64,000 nucleotides of DNA from Alphaproteobacteria bacterium. GTDB lineage: Bacteria > Pseudomonadota > Alphaproteobacteria > UBA11222. The position numbers were made by a program, and so were the translations under genes. Below, piece after piece: positions 54,603 through 64,000 of the stretch (its first letter is position 1; each line of letters begins with the position of its first letter). The notes beneath the pieces are model-generated. The model ran no database searches, was not told where the DNA came from, and was given only the letters and a program-made list of their open reading frames with translations. The stretch is from assembly GCA_009693835.1 (NCBI GenBank), contig SHWM01000002.1, positions 420-64,419 on the forward strand. The letters run 5' to 3'.

Positions 54603-55144
54603 AACCGGCGGCGGCGGTGGATCTGCTGGATGAGGCGATAGAGCTGCTCGATCACCAGGTGCGGTACCGTCTGGAGGGCACGGCGAAGGCCCAGGTGGCC
54701 GTCCGGTTGGCGGTTATCCAGTTGCTGGATAAAAAGCCCGACAAGGCGCTGGAGTTGATTGCAGGGCAGGATGTTCCGGAGGCCAATCTTCTGCGCGCCG
54801 ATATTTACTGGGCGGCGCAGGATTGGCCCAATGCGGCTGCCAGCGTAGACAAGGTACTGACGGATGGCGGCGCGCCGGCGGCTGGCAAGGAAATCGATGC
54901 GGCCACGCAAGGGCGGGTCATGCGCGCAGCGATTGCCTATGCGCTGGCAGGGCAGCAGGACGGTTTGGACAAATTACGCGGCCGGTATGAGGCGCAAATG
55001 GCCGCTACTCCGTTTGCCGGCAGTTTCGATGTGATCAGCCGCTCCAGCGCCCATAATGGCGTGGCATTCCGCCAGCTTGCCAGCACCATTGCCGGTCTGG
55101 ATACGTTGAAGGATTTTATGGCCAGTTACCGCCGCGATCTGTGA
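54548..55144 (+). CDS. hypothetical protein (helical repeat-like)
   Basis: Good codon usage. The true start may be the GTG near 54617 (VDLLDEAIELLD...), which would remove the overlap with the minus-strand ORF. Confidence 0.4.
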   Translation: MYHPQPAFPRPAAAAAVPQPAAAVDLLDEAIELLDHQVRYRLEGTAKAQVAVRLAVIQLLDKKPDKALELIAGQDVPEANLLRADIYWAAQDWPNAAASVDKVLTDGGAPAAGKEIDAATQGRVMRAAIAYALAGQQDGLDKLRGRYEAQMAATPFAGSFDVISRSSAHNGVAFRQLASTIAGLDTLKDFMASYRRDL

Positions 55145-55276
55145 TGGCGCCGCTGATGGTCCTTTCCCCAGGTGCATGGTCTGGTCAACATTGGACAAAG
55201 TCTTCATTTCTTCGTATTTATGCCCTGCAGACTAATAATCCAGGCGTAATGCCGAGCCCAGGCGATCAAGTCAAAC

Positions 55277-56044
55277 ATGGCCTATGAGAAATTTTCCCTT
55301 GTCGCATCCGATTCTCCCAAGGCGCAGAAAGCGCTTCGTATTTTGCGCGAAAAATACAAGGAGTCGCCGCCCGACCAGGCGGATGTCATCGTCGCCCTGG
55401 GCGGCGATGGTCAAATGCTGGTGACCATCCATCAGTTCATGGCGCGCAATATCCCCATTTATGGCATGAACCGGGGGTCCCTTGGATTTCTGATGAACGA
55501 ATATAATGCAGACAATCTGCCTGAACGGTTGAACAAGGCGGAGGTGACCTGTCTCAATCCTCTGCGCATGCGCGCTACCGACGCCCGCGGGGAAAATTTC
55601 GAGGGGCTGGCGATCAATGAGGTATCGCTGCTCCGCTCCACCCGGCAGGTGGCTAAAATCCGCATCTTCATTGACGGGCGCGCCCGTTTGGACGAGCTGA
55701 ATTGCGACGGCGTTCTGGTGGCGACGCCCGCTGGCAGCACGGCCTATAATTTGTCGGCGCATGGGCCAATCCTGCCCATAAAGTCGGGCGCACTGGCATT
55801 GACGCCGATCAGCGCGTTTCGTCCACGCCGCTGGCGGGGCGCCTTGTTGCCAAAAAGCGCTGTGGTGCTGTTCGAAATTCTGGAGCGGGACAAGCGCCCG
55901 GTGAGCGCGGTCGCCGACATGCTGGAGGTGCGGGATGTGGCGCGGGTTGAAGTTTCCATGGCCGAGGATATCACCGTGCCCATCCTTTTTGACGCGGGCC
56001 ATGACCTGGATGAGCGTATCCTGATGGAACAGTTCACCGATTGA
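55277..56044 (+). CDS. nadK: NAD kinase
   Basis: GGDG motif ([12 protein letters not shown]) and NE/D...[16 protein letters not shown]. Confidence 0.85.
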   Translation: MAYEKFSLVASDSPKAQKALRILREKYKESPPDQADVIVALGGDGQMLVTIHQFMARNIPIYGMNRGSLGFLMNEYNADNLPERLNKAEVTCLNPLRMRATDARGENFEGLAINEVSLLRSTRQVAKIRIFIDGRARLDELNCDGVLVATPAGSTAYNLSAHGPILPIKSGALALTPISAFRPRRWRGALLPKSAVVLFEILERDKRPVSAVADMLEVRDVARVEVSMAEDITVPILFDAGHDLDERILMEQFTD

Positions 56045-56168
56045 TCCAGCCCTTTCGGGGGACGGCGCCACTTATCCGCCCGGTTTTCTGAATGTTTTGA
56101 TTTCGCGGGAGAAACGGGTTATCCGAACGGATCATTCTGTTTTGAAGCCTTCCGGGACTTATTCCTTC

Positions 56169-57257
56169 ATGTCATTATTTTCGCTGGAACGGGCTTCGCT
56201 GCGTGTACGCCTTTTGGGGACTCTAGCTTTGGCTGCCTCCGGCGGCGCGCTGTTCGCGTGGTTTGGGACGCCGCTCGCCTGGATGCTGGGGGCGATGTTT
56301 TTCACTACCATCGCCAGTCTGGCGGGCGCGCCGACACAAATGTCGCTTTCGTTGCGCAAGGTGATGATGGCTATTCTGGGCATCATGCTGGGCAGTTCCT
56401 TTCGTCCCGAAATCGTCGCCCAGGCGGTCCATTGGCTTCCATCCATGGGGGTAATGATGGGCTTCATGGCGCTGATCACCACGTTCAGCTATCATTATTT
56501 GCGCCGGGTCGCCGGCATGGACAGGGCCACGGCTTATTTTTCAAGCGCCCCTGGCGGACTAACCGAAATGATCATGGTGGGCGAAAGCATGGGGGGCAAC
56601 CCCGCCACCATCAGTCTTGTCCACGCCACACGCATTCTGGTCGTGGTGGGCACCATTCCCGTGTATTTCCGTTATGTAGAACATCTGAACATACCCTCGC
56701 TTCCCCCCGGGCCGGCGGGTCTGCCCGCATTCTGGGATGTGGCGCTGCTGTCCGCCTGTGCGGTCATAGGCGTGCCTCTGGCCTCCAGATTGAGGCTGCC
56801 TGCGGGGGCCTTGCTGGGGCCGATGCTGCTGAGCGCCATTTTGCACATCAGCGGGTTGACCAGGGCGGCGCCCCCCGGCCCCGTTGTTGCGGCGGCGCAG
56901 ATCGTTATTGGCGCGGGCATTGGCTGCCGTTTCGCAGGTCTGACTCTTGGCAGTGTTTGGCGCACGATTTTGTTTGCCGCCGGTTCCGGCCTCATGATGG
57001 TTATTGCAGCGACCATCGTCGGCATCATTTTTGGGCCCCTGATTGGCGATCTGCCAAAACCGCTGATTCTTGCGCTTGCGCCAGGAGGGCTGGCGGAAAT
57101 GAGCCTGATCGCCCTTTCGATGGGCTCGCAGACCGCCTATATCTCGTTCATGCATCTCTCCAGAATTATTCTGGTAGTGATTGTTTTTCCTTCAATATTT
57201 AGATTGGTTACGGGTTCTTCGATGGGGACGGAGAAGGACAAAGGGACGGATGCGTAA
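56169..57257 (+). CDS. AbrB-family (AbrB duplication) membrane protein
   Basis: Polytopic membrane protein of the putative-ammonia-monooxygenase/AbrB family. Internal ATG start chosen; the track begins at 56097. Confidence 0.5.
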   Translation: MSLFSLERASLRVRLLGTLALAASGGALFAWFGTPLAWMLGAMFFTTIASLAGAPTQMSLSLRKVMMAILGIMLGSSFRPEIVAQAVHWLPSMGVMMGFMALITTFSYHYLRRVAGMDRATAYFSSAPGGLTEMIMVGESMGGNPATISLVHATRILVVVGTIPVYFRYVEHLNIPSLPPGPAGLPAFWDVALLSACAVIGVPLASRLRLPAGALLGPMLLSAILHISGLTRAAPPGPVVAAAQIVIGAGIGCRFAGLTLGSVWRTILFAAGSGLMMVIAATIVGIIFGPLIGDLPKPLILALAPGGLAEMSLIALSMGSQTAYISFMHLSRIILVVIVFPSIFRLVTGSSMGTEKDKGTDA

Positions 57258-57350
57258 TCGGGCGGACAATAGCAATTATTATGCTTGTCAAAGAGGGGGC
57301 CATACCCCAATTATATTTTACCAAAAAATACCGTAAAATGGGAGTCCGTG

Positions 57351-58217
57351 ATGCGGCCGATCGTTCAGAGCTTTTTTGATCCCGTAACCTTCACCGCCAG
57401 CTATGTTGTTCGAGACCCCGGTTCGGTGGCGTGCGCGATCATAGATTCGGTGCTGGATTTTGACGCCGCGTCAGGACGCACGCATACAGAGAACGCGGAC
57501 AGAATTATTGCGTATATTCGCGAGCACGGATTACAGGTGCGATGGATCATTGAGACCCATGTGCATGCGGACCATCTGACTGCCGCGCCCTATCTGCATG
57601 AAAAATTGGGCGGCAATACGGTCATCGGCGCGCCGGTCACGATCGTGCAGGGAGTATTCCAGAAGATTTTCCATACTGGCCCGGACTTTCCCGTGGATGG
57701 CAGCCAGTTTGATAGATTGATAAAGGACGGGGAAAGCATAGGCATTGGCGGGCTTGAGTTGCGCGCCATGCATACGCCGGGGCACACACCTGCCTGTATG
57801 ACCTATGTGGCAGGCGATGCAGCCTTTATTGGCGATACGATGTTCATGCCGGACTATGGCACGGCCCGGGCTGACTTTCCCGGCGGGGACGCACGCGCCC
57901 TATACCGTTCCATCCGCAAGATACTGGCCTTGCCCGAAGGGACCCGGCTTTTCCTGTGCCATGACTATCAGACGCCGGATCGCAAACAATTTGTATGGGA
58001 AACCACTGTTGCCGCCCAAAAGGCCGGCAATGTTCATGTGCGTGACGGGATCAGCGAAGAGGAATTCGTAAAAATGCGCACCGCCCGCGACGCCACGCTG
58101 AGCATGCCGGCAATGATCCTGCCATCGGTGCAAATAAATATGCGCGCCGGTCATTTCCCGCCGGCTGAATCCAATGGGGTCAGCTACCTCAAACTGCCCT
58201 TGAACCTTTTCCAATGA
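57351..58217 (+). CDS. MBL-fold metallo-hydrolase
   Basis: HVHADH motif (IETHVHADHLTAAPYL). It lies upstream of a SulP transporter, a common blh-sulP arrangement. Confidence 0.7.
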   Translation: MRPIVQSFFDPVTFTASYVVRDPGSVACAIIDSVLDFDAASGRTHTENADRIIAYIREHGLQVRWIIETHVHADHLTAAPYLHEKLGGNTVIGAPVTIVQGVFQKIFHTGPDFPVDGSQFDRLIKDGESIGIGGLELRAMHTPGHTPACMTYVAGDAAFIGDTMFMPDYGTARADFPGGDARALYRSIRKILALPEGTRLFLCHDYQTPDRKQFVWETTVAAQKAGNVHVRDGISEEEFVKMRTARDATLSMPAMILPSVQINMRAGHFPPAESNGVSYLKLPLNLFQ

Positions 58218-58280
58218 TTTGGTTATGACGATCATCGGATCGGATTCGTCCTCATATCACTGGCGCGAGCGGAAGATATT

Positions 58281-60011
58281 ATGCTGAAAAACTATTTCCC
58301 GATTCTAGAATGGGGAAAGGCATATAGCGGCAACACATTTGGCAATGATCTGATCGCGGCCGTAATCGTCACGCTGATGTTGATCCCGCAATCGCTGGCT
58401 TATGCGATGCTCGCGGGCCTGCCTCCCCAGGTCGGCCTTTATGCGAGCATCTTGCCACTGGTGGCGTATGCGATTTTTGGAACCAGCCGGACACTGGCGG
58501 TCGGTCCGGTTGCCGTCGTCTCGCTGATGACAGCGGTCGCTGCGGGGGATATCGCCGCTCAAGGCAGCTTTGATTATTATCTGGCGGCCACCTGTCTGGC
58601 TTTTATTTCCGGCCTGATCCTGATTGTGATGGGGCTATTCCGATTGGGTTTCCTGGCAAATTTTCTCTCCCACCCTGTTATAACGGGATTCATTACAGCC
58701 TCGGGCATCCTGATTGCCGCGGGGCAACTGAAGCATATCCTTGGCGTGGGCGGCAGCGGCCAGAATCTGATCGAAATTGCACAGGGCCTTATTCCGCAGT
58801 TAGGCAAGATTAATCTGCCAACTCTGGTGATAGGCGGTTTTGTGATCGTGTTTCTGGTGCTTGTCCGCGCCCGTCTGAAAGGGCTGTTGCTGTGGGTGGG
58901 CCTGAAGTCACGCGGCGCCGATATCATCGTCAAAAGCAGCCCTATTATTGCCGTTATCATAACGACACTGATTTGCCGGGTTTATGGGCTGGACAGTGCA
59001 GGTGTGCGAGTTGTGGGAAGCATTACTGGCGGCCTGCCGGCGCCCGTAATGCCTTCACTTTCGCCAGAGCTGTGGAACAGACTGGCCGGGTCCGCGCTGC
59101 TGATCAGCGTGATCGGTTTCGTGGAGTCGGTTTCCGTCGCCCAGACGCTGGCGGCAAAGCGGCGTCAGCGCATTGTCCTCGACCAGGAACTGATTGGGCT
59201 GGGCACGGCCAACCTCGCATCGGCTTTCTCGGGCGGATTTCCGGTGACCGGCGGGTTTGCCCGTTCGGTGGTCAACTTTGATGCTGGTGCGGAAACACCC
59301 GCTGCCGGGGCTTTTACGGCAGTTGGAATAGCCCTCGTGACCATATATCTGACACCCCTGCTATTTTATCTGCCTCAGGCGACGCTGGCGGCCACGATCA
59401 TTGTCGCCGTGCTCTCGCTGATAGATCTGGGCGTCATCCGGCGCACATGGATATATTCAAAATCAGATTTTGCGGCCATGTTTGCGGCCATAATATTTAC
59501 GCTTTCGGCTGGCGTGGAGTTGGGCATTCTGTCGGGTGTGGCGCTTTCCATATTGATCCATCTTTACAGGACCAGCCGCCCCCATTGCGCGATTGTCGGG
59601 CAGGTTCCGGGTTCAGAGCATTTCAGGAACATATTGCGGCATAAGGTTGTGACCAGCCCCTCGGTGCTAAATCTGCGGGTCGATGAAAGCCTGTATTTCC
59701 CCAATGCGCGTTTTCTGGAGGACAAGGTGCAGAACCTTGTGGCTGAAAATCCGGCCATCCGGCATGTGGTGCTGATGTGCCCGGCGGTAAATTCGATAGA
59801 CGCCAGCGCGCTTGAAAGCCTTGAAGCGATCAATGCGCGTTTGCGCGATTCAGGCGTGACCTTGCATTTTTCGGAAATCAAGGGCCCTGTAATGGACCAG
59901 TTACAGCGCAGCCACTTTCTGGAAGAACTGACCGGCAAGGTCTATCTCAGCCAGTATGACGCCTTCTCCGATCTCGACCCCCAGGCGGCGCGGACGGCGC
60001 TGGCGCGCTGA
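58281..60011 (+). CDS. SulP-family sulfate/anion permease with C-terminal STAS domain
   Basis: 576 aa, a SulP TM core and a STAS domain. Confidence 0.85.
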   Translation: MLKNYFPILEWGKAYSGNTFGNDLIAAVIVTLMLIPQSLAYAMLAGLPPQVGLYASILPLVAYAIFGTSRTLAVGPVAVVSLMTAVAAGDIAAQGSFDYYLAATCLAFISGLILIVMGLFRLGFLANFLSHPVITGFITASGILIAAGQLKHILGVGGSGQNLIEIAQGLIPQLGKINLPTLVIGGFVIVFLVLVRARLKGLLLWVGLKSRGADIIVKSSPIIAVIITTLICRVYGLDSAGVRVVGSITGGLPAPVMPSLSPELWNRLAGSALLISVIGFVESVSVAQTLAAKRRQRIVLDQELIGLGTANLASAFSGGFPVTGGFARSVVNFDAGAETPAAGAFTAVGIALVTIYLTPLLFYLPQATLAATIIVAVLSLIDLGVIRRTWIYSKSDFAAMFAAIIFTLSAGVELGILSGVALSILIHLYRTSRPHCAIVGQVPGSEHFRNILRHKVVTSPSVLNLRVDESLYFPNARFLEDKVQNLVAENPAIRHVVLMCPAVNSIDASALESLEAINARLRDSGVTLHFSEIKGPVMDQLQRSHFLEELTGKVYLSQYDAFSDLDPQAARTALAR

Positions 60012-60019
60012 AAATCACG

Positions 60020-61153
60020 CTAGACCATGTCGTCTTCTATCCGCCCATTTTTGAGAAATGTGGCTATCGCCCAGGCGGCCCGTCTGGGGGCAGATTCGGT
60101 AAAATTTGCAAATGTATAGTCAAACGCCGCTTTCTGAAGCCCTTCATACTGCGCCTGCCCGTCCCTGGCGAGGGGCAGGGCCGTTTCTAGTTGCGCTATA
60201 TTTTCGACAACCTGTCCCAGCGTCCACCACAGATATTCTTCCTTGCCCTGCCATTCGAAGCCATCCGGATTAAGAAACAGGACCGGGCGCGGGTGCAGAA
60301 GAAATTCATAGACCTGGCTGCTCCAGTCGCCGAGATAGATGTCGGCCCCGAGGCTGTAGGTCATGTCCACGCTGCGTTCGCTGCCAAGGTCAATCAGAAT
60401 ATTTTCATGGTTGCGATAGGGGCGCATGTCCTCATCTGAAATCGTGCCATCGTCGCGCATTCTGATATGCGGCGCGAACACCAGATTGTATCTTTCCGAT
60501 TTTGAAAAATAATCCAGCACCTGAAACCCAATTTTATGCCAGGAACTTTTCGCCGGATTATGATGCGGGTTGTACAGAACAGTAGGGCGCGCATTATTGA
60601 ACAGTGGCGCCCTTGACTTGCCCATACGGCTGACCAGATCAAATTTGCTATATCCCGAGACATAATAATGACCTGGCCGGATCAGACCTTTGCCGAGCAG
60701 ACGATCGCGTCGCTTGCGCCCGGGCAACAGAACCAGATCAAATTTGCGCAGGCGGGTGTCCCAGTCCCGCTCATCATCGCCTGCGCCATGCGTTGTGTGG
60801 ATGAATTTTGTTTTGCACAAACCCATTTTTCGCAACCGCAAACTGGTGCGTTCCGGCATAACCAGGGCGTCGAAGGCTGCATAGCGACGCGCATTCCATA
60901 GCAGGGTAAAATTCTTTGGAGCGGCTGCCCTGCGCGCGCCGAATATCCATGAAAAGGGCGGCGGCGTCATTAGGGTGGCGATATTTTCCGCGCCGTAATA
61001 GCCGGCAAGGCTGAGCAAATATTGCGTTTGCGCGGGGCTGCGCGCCAGCAGGGTGACTTCCAGTTCAGGATAATCCAGCGCCAGAGCGCAGGCGATGGGC
61101 AGGCTGTGAAATATCTGATGCGGCTGCGCCAGAAAAATAAAACCGATCTTCAT
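60020..61153 (-). CDS. TagB/TagF-like CDP-glycerol glycerophosphotransferase family protein (tentative)
   Basis: TVLYNPHHNP and LGADIYLGDWSSQVYEFLLHPRPVLFLNPD resemble the TagF family KTILYAPTWR and LITDYSSV.FDF motifs. GC is lower than in neighbours. Confidence 0.4.
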   Translation of the reverse strand: MKIGFIFLAQPHQIFHSLPIACALALDYPELEVTLLARSPAQTQYLLSLAGYYGAENIATLMTPPPFSWIFGARRAAAPKNFTLLWNARRYAAFDALVMPERTSLRLRKMGLCKTKFIHTTHGAGDDERDWDTRLRKFDLVLLPGRKRRDRLLGKGLIRPGHYYVSGYSKFDLVSRMGKSRAPLFNNARPTVLYNPHHNPAKSSWHKIGFQVLDYFSKSERYNLVFAPHIRMRDDGTISDEDMRPYRNHENILIDLGSERSVDMTYSLGADIYLGDWSSQVYEFLLHPRPVLFLNPDGFEWQGKEEYLWWTLGQVVENIAQLETALPLARDGQAQYEGLQKAAFDYTFANFTESAPRRAAWAIATFLKNGRIEDDMV

Positions 61154-61213
61154 TCAGTTAACGTGAACACCAAGCGTTAATCAGATCGTCAGCAAAAAGA
61201 CCTGGCAGCGGGA

Positions 61214-61711
61214 TTAACGCTGAACATGCCGGTGCAAAAGCTCCAGCGCCGCATAGACGGCCTCCATGCGTATTTCCTCACGGCCAATATCACCGAAATT
61301 GAATTGCTCATGCAGAATGGATTTGCGCTCGCGCGCGGCGGCCACATGCACCAGCCCCACCGGCTTCATGCGCGTGCCGCCGCCAGGCCCGGCCACACCC
61401 GTCACTGCGACGGCCATATGCGCATTGGAGTTTTCAACCGCCCCTTCCGCCATCATCCGGGAAACCGGCTCGCTGACAGAGCCGACATCGGCCATAAGAT
61501 CCCCCGGCACTCCAAGAAGATCGCGTTTGGACTCATTGCTGTAGGTTACAAATCCCCGGTCAAACACGGCAGAGGCGCCGGGAATGGAGCATAGACAGGC
61601 CGCCACCAGCCCTCCCGTACACGATTCAGCCGTGGCGATGCGCAACCCCGCCGCCTTGCAATCGGCCAATAGCATTTCAGCAAGTTTCAGTGTCTTTAGG
61701 GGGAATATCAT
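61214..61711 (-). CDS. CinA C-terminal domain / nicotinamide-nucleotide amidohydrolase PncC
   Basis: AESCTGGLVAACL motif. Confidence 0.75.
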   Translation of the reverse strand: MIFPLKTLKLAEMLLADCKAAGLRIATAESCTGGLVAACLCSIPGASAVFDRGFVTYSNESKRDLLGVPGDLMADVGSVSEPVSRMMAEGAVENSNAHMAVAVTGVAGPGGGTRMKPVGLVHVAAARERKSILHEQFNFGDIGREEIRMEAVYAALELLHRHVQR

Positions 61712-61724
61712 GTCTTCTCCTGCT

Positions 61725-62213
61725 CTAGCTGATCAGATAGAGGGCTGTCTGAATCAGGAACCATGCGTAAGCGCCGGCGATCACATCATCAAGCATTATC
61801 CCGAAGCCGCCGGAAACGGCGCGGTCGGCCCAATTCGCCGGCCAGGGCTTGAGTATATCGCAGATACGGAACGCAACGAATGCGGTAAGATAGGCCAATA
61901 GGCTATGAGGTACAAGCAGCAGCGCCAGCCATTGACCGGCCACTTCGTCAATGACGATCTTCTGGCAGTCCTTCTGACCAGCCGCCTGCGTGTAGCGGCC
62001 CGCTGCCCAGGTCCCAAATACCAGGGCGGCGGCTGTGGCGATGATCAATCCCCACGGGCCCGTCAGGCTGCTGATGGTCCAGGCAAACGGCAGGGCCGCC
62101 AGCGACCCCCAGGTGCCGGGCGCACCGGGCAACAGGCCGCTGCCGAACCAGGTGGCGATCAGGCTGGCTGGATGAGAAAAACGGATACCATCAGCCATTG
62201 ATTCTGTTTTCAT
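61725..62213 (-). CDS. pgpA: phosphatidylglycerophosphatase A
   Basis: PgpA family (WFGSGLLPGAPGTWGSLAALP). Confidence 0.8.
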   Translation of the reverse strand: MKTESMADGIRFSHPASLIATWFGSGLLPGAPGTWGSLAALPFAWTISSLTGPWGLIIATAAALVFGTWAAGRYTQAAGQKDCQKIVIDEVAGQWLALLLVPHSLLAYLTAFVAFRICDILKPWPANWADRAVSGGFGIMLDDVIAGAYAWFLIQTALYLIS

Positions 62214-63361
62214 GCGGGTGCGCGGATAGCGGCAATGGCTTGCGCCGCAATCCCTTCGCCGCGCCCGGCAAATCCCAGGCCCTCGGTGGTCGTGGCCTTG
62301 ACGCTGACCCGTCCTGGCGGCAATTCCAGAATTTCTTCGATGCGCTGTTGCATCCGCATCCGATGCGGCGCAATACGCGGCGCTTCACATATCAGCGTGA
62401 CATCCAGATTGATGATTTCGCCCCCCGCCGCGCGGACCAGTTTTGCAGCGTGTTTCAGGAAAATATCTGACGGCGCGCCTTTCCATTGCGGGTCGGAGGG
62501 CGGGAAATGCTGGCCAATATCGCCCAGCGCCATCGCGCCCAGTATCGCATCGGTGAGCGCATGCAGGCCGACATCCGCATCCGAGTGTCCCGCGAGCTTC
62601 CGGAAGTGGGGGATTTCCACGCCACACAAAATGATTGCGTCTCCCGCTTCAAAGCGGTGAACGTCATAGCCCATTCCCATGCGCGTGAGCATTTTGCCGC
62701 CAGAGAGCAGGCGTTCCGCCCGGGAAAAATCCTCCTCATGGGTGATTTTGAAATTATCCTCATTGCCTTGCACCAGCCGCACGGTCATTCCGGCATGTTC
62801 CGCCACCGACGCGTCATCGGTCATTTGCAGCCCGCGGGCCTTGCGGTGTGCCTCAAGAATGGCCTGAAAATGGAAGCCCTGCGGCGTCAGCGCGCGCCAC
62901 AAACCATCTCGCTGGATACCTTTCAGAATATTCCGCCCTTCCGTCAATTTAACGCTATCCGTCACTGGAACGGCGGCGATCGCCCCCTCCGCCTCCGCCA
63001 ATGCGGCGATCACCGCCTGTAGGGTGGCGGCGTCTACAAAAGGCCGTGCGGCATCATGGATCAATACAATATCCGGCGGCTGGTCAGCCAGCGCCTCAAG
63101 CCCCAGCCGGACGGATTCCTGGCGGCTATCGCCTCCAGCGATGGGAGGGGCCAGCGGCAGGCCTTCTACCGCGGCGTTATAGAGAGCTTCATCATCAGGG
63201 TTGATGATCACCTGCACGGAACCTATTTCCGGCAGATGACAGAACCTGTCGAGCGTGTGGCGCAGCAGGGCCCGTCCCGCTATTTTTCTATATTGTTTTG
63301 GAAGCCCGGCCCCCGCCCGGACCCCTTTACCTGCCGCCATGATGAGCGCCGCAATTCGCAT
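62210..63361 (-). CDS. ispDF: bifunctional 2-C-methyl-D-erythritol 4-phosphate cytidylyltransferase / MEcPP synthase
   Basis: N-terminal IspD (AAGKGVRAG...) fused to C-terminal IspF (GMGYDVHRF, SDADVGLHA). Confidence 0.9.
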   Translation of the reverse strand: MRIAALIMAAGKGVRAGAGLPKQYRKIAGRALLRHTLDRFCHLPEIGSVQVIINPDDEALYNAAVEGLPLAPPIAGGDSRQESVRLGLEALADQPPDIVLIHDAARPFVDAATLQAVIAALAEAEGAIAAVPVTDSVKLTEGRNILKGIQRDGLWRALTPQGFHFQAILEAHRKARGLQMTDDASVAEHAGMTVRLVQGNEDNFKITHEEDFSRAERLLSGGKMLTRMGMGYDVHRFEAGDAIILCGVEIPHFRKLAGHSDADVGLHALTDAILGAMALGDIGQHFPPSDPQWKGAPSDIFLKHAAKLVRAAGGEIINLDVTLICEAPRIAPHRMRMQQRIEEILELPPGRVSVKATTTEGLGFAGRGEGIAAQAIAAIRAPA

Positions 63362-63513
63362 TTAATATTATCCTTCAGTGACTTGCGGGACCGGGTATAG
63401 AGTGTACCGCACTGCAGGGGCTAAATGTGTGCACCGCAACAAATCGCTTGTGGAAACGAGGTTACAGCGCTAGAATGCTTATAAATTAATCATCGCGGTA
63501 AAATGCCTAAAAA

Positions 63514-64000
63514 ATGACCATATCTTTAGGGGCTTTGTCCATCTCACATCCGGTTTTTCTGGCGCCACTGTCGGGGATTACCGACTTGCCGACTCGCCGT
63601 TTTTTCCGTGAACAGGGGGTAGGTCTAGTGTATTCCGAAATGCTGGCGAGCAGGGAAATTATGTCGCGTCCGGCCGCCCGGCAGAGGCGCTTGCAGCGCG
63701 CGGATGATGAAACGCCGCTGGCCATTCAGATTGCCGGTTGCGAGGCGTACTGGATGGGCGAAGCCGCCAGAAGATGTGCGGATATGGGCGCAGAGATCAT
63801 CGACATCAATATGGGATGTCCGGCGAAAAAGGTGGTGAATGGATATTCGGGGTCCGCGTTGATGCGCGATCTCGATCTCGCCTCGGACCTGATCGCGGCA
63901 ACGGTCGCCGCAGTGGAAATTCCAGTTACGCTGAAGATGCGGACAGGCTGGGATGAGAGCAGCCGTAATGCGCCGGAACTGGCGCGGCGCGCCGAGGGTC
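63514..64000 (+). CDS. dusB: tRNA-dihydrouridine synthase B (NifR3 family), 5' partial
   Basis: PLSGITDLPTRRF and DINMGCPAKKV motifs. Truncated by the window end. Confidence 0.85.
   Translation, partial: MTISLGALSISHPVFLAPLSGITDLPTRRFFREQGVGLVYSEMLASREIMSRPAARQRRLQRADDETPLAIQIAGCEAYWMGEAARRCADMGAEIIDINMGCPAKKVVNGYSGSALMRDLDLASDLIAATVAAVEIPVTLKMRTGWDESSRNAPELARRAEG

Overview
High-GC alphaproteobacterial chromosomal window (Caulobacter-type flagellins; yqeY-dnaG-rpoD, trpGDC-moaC-moeA, nifR3/dusB and ispDF contexts). I found no transposase, integrase, CRISPR array or tRNA. Main contents: (1) housekeeping blocks carA, yqeY-dnaG-rpoD, trpG-trpD-trpC-moaC-moeA (ATGA-coupled), uvrA, ssb, nadK, pgpA, ispDF and dusB. 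(2) A flagellin/regulatory locus (flmG-like TPR-glycosyltransferase, flaG, flbT, flaF) with sigma-54 (-24/-12) promoters, in which BOTH flagellin genes are disrupted: one carries two in-frame nonsense codons, the other a frameshift. (3) About 13 kb of oxidative catabolic genes sits between uvrA and ssb, which are normally divergent neighbours; it extends downstream into a form II CoxSLM-type Mo-hydroxylase. It carries tandem Baeyer-Villiger monooxygenases and tandem SMP-30 lactonases, plus an amidase, a TauD dioxygenase and a CaiB CoA-transferase. Tandem SDRs and a thiolase/DUF35 pair lie elsewhere, and no regulator is encoded. (4) A 9-gene Mrp/Mnh-like antiporter cluster with Mbh-type gene order and three NuoL/M/N-like subunits, co-directional with the Cox genes. 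(5) Several low-GC single-gene islets, including an HNH-endonuclease protein, an unknown protein after carA, a GH108 lysozyme after rpoD and a TagF-like gene. (6) A CCCCTCCCC/GGGGAGGGG REP-like palindrome family and an AT-rich MITE-like double hairpin. I do not recognise a complete known defence system; the most unusual items are the twice-inactivated flagellins, the HNH islet, the TM+VirJ fusion carrying a frameshift and the Mrp-like/Cox arrangement. Coordinates taken from the ORF track are reliable; positions I read off the sequence lines myself may be off by 1-2 nt.
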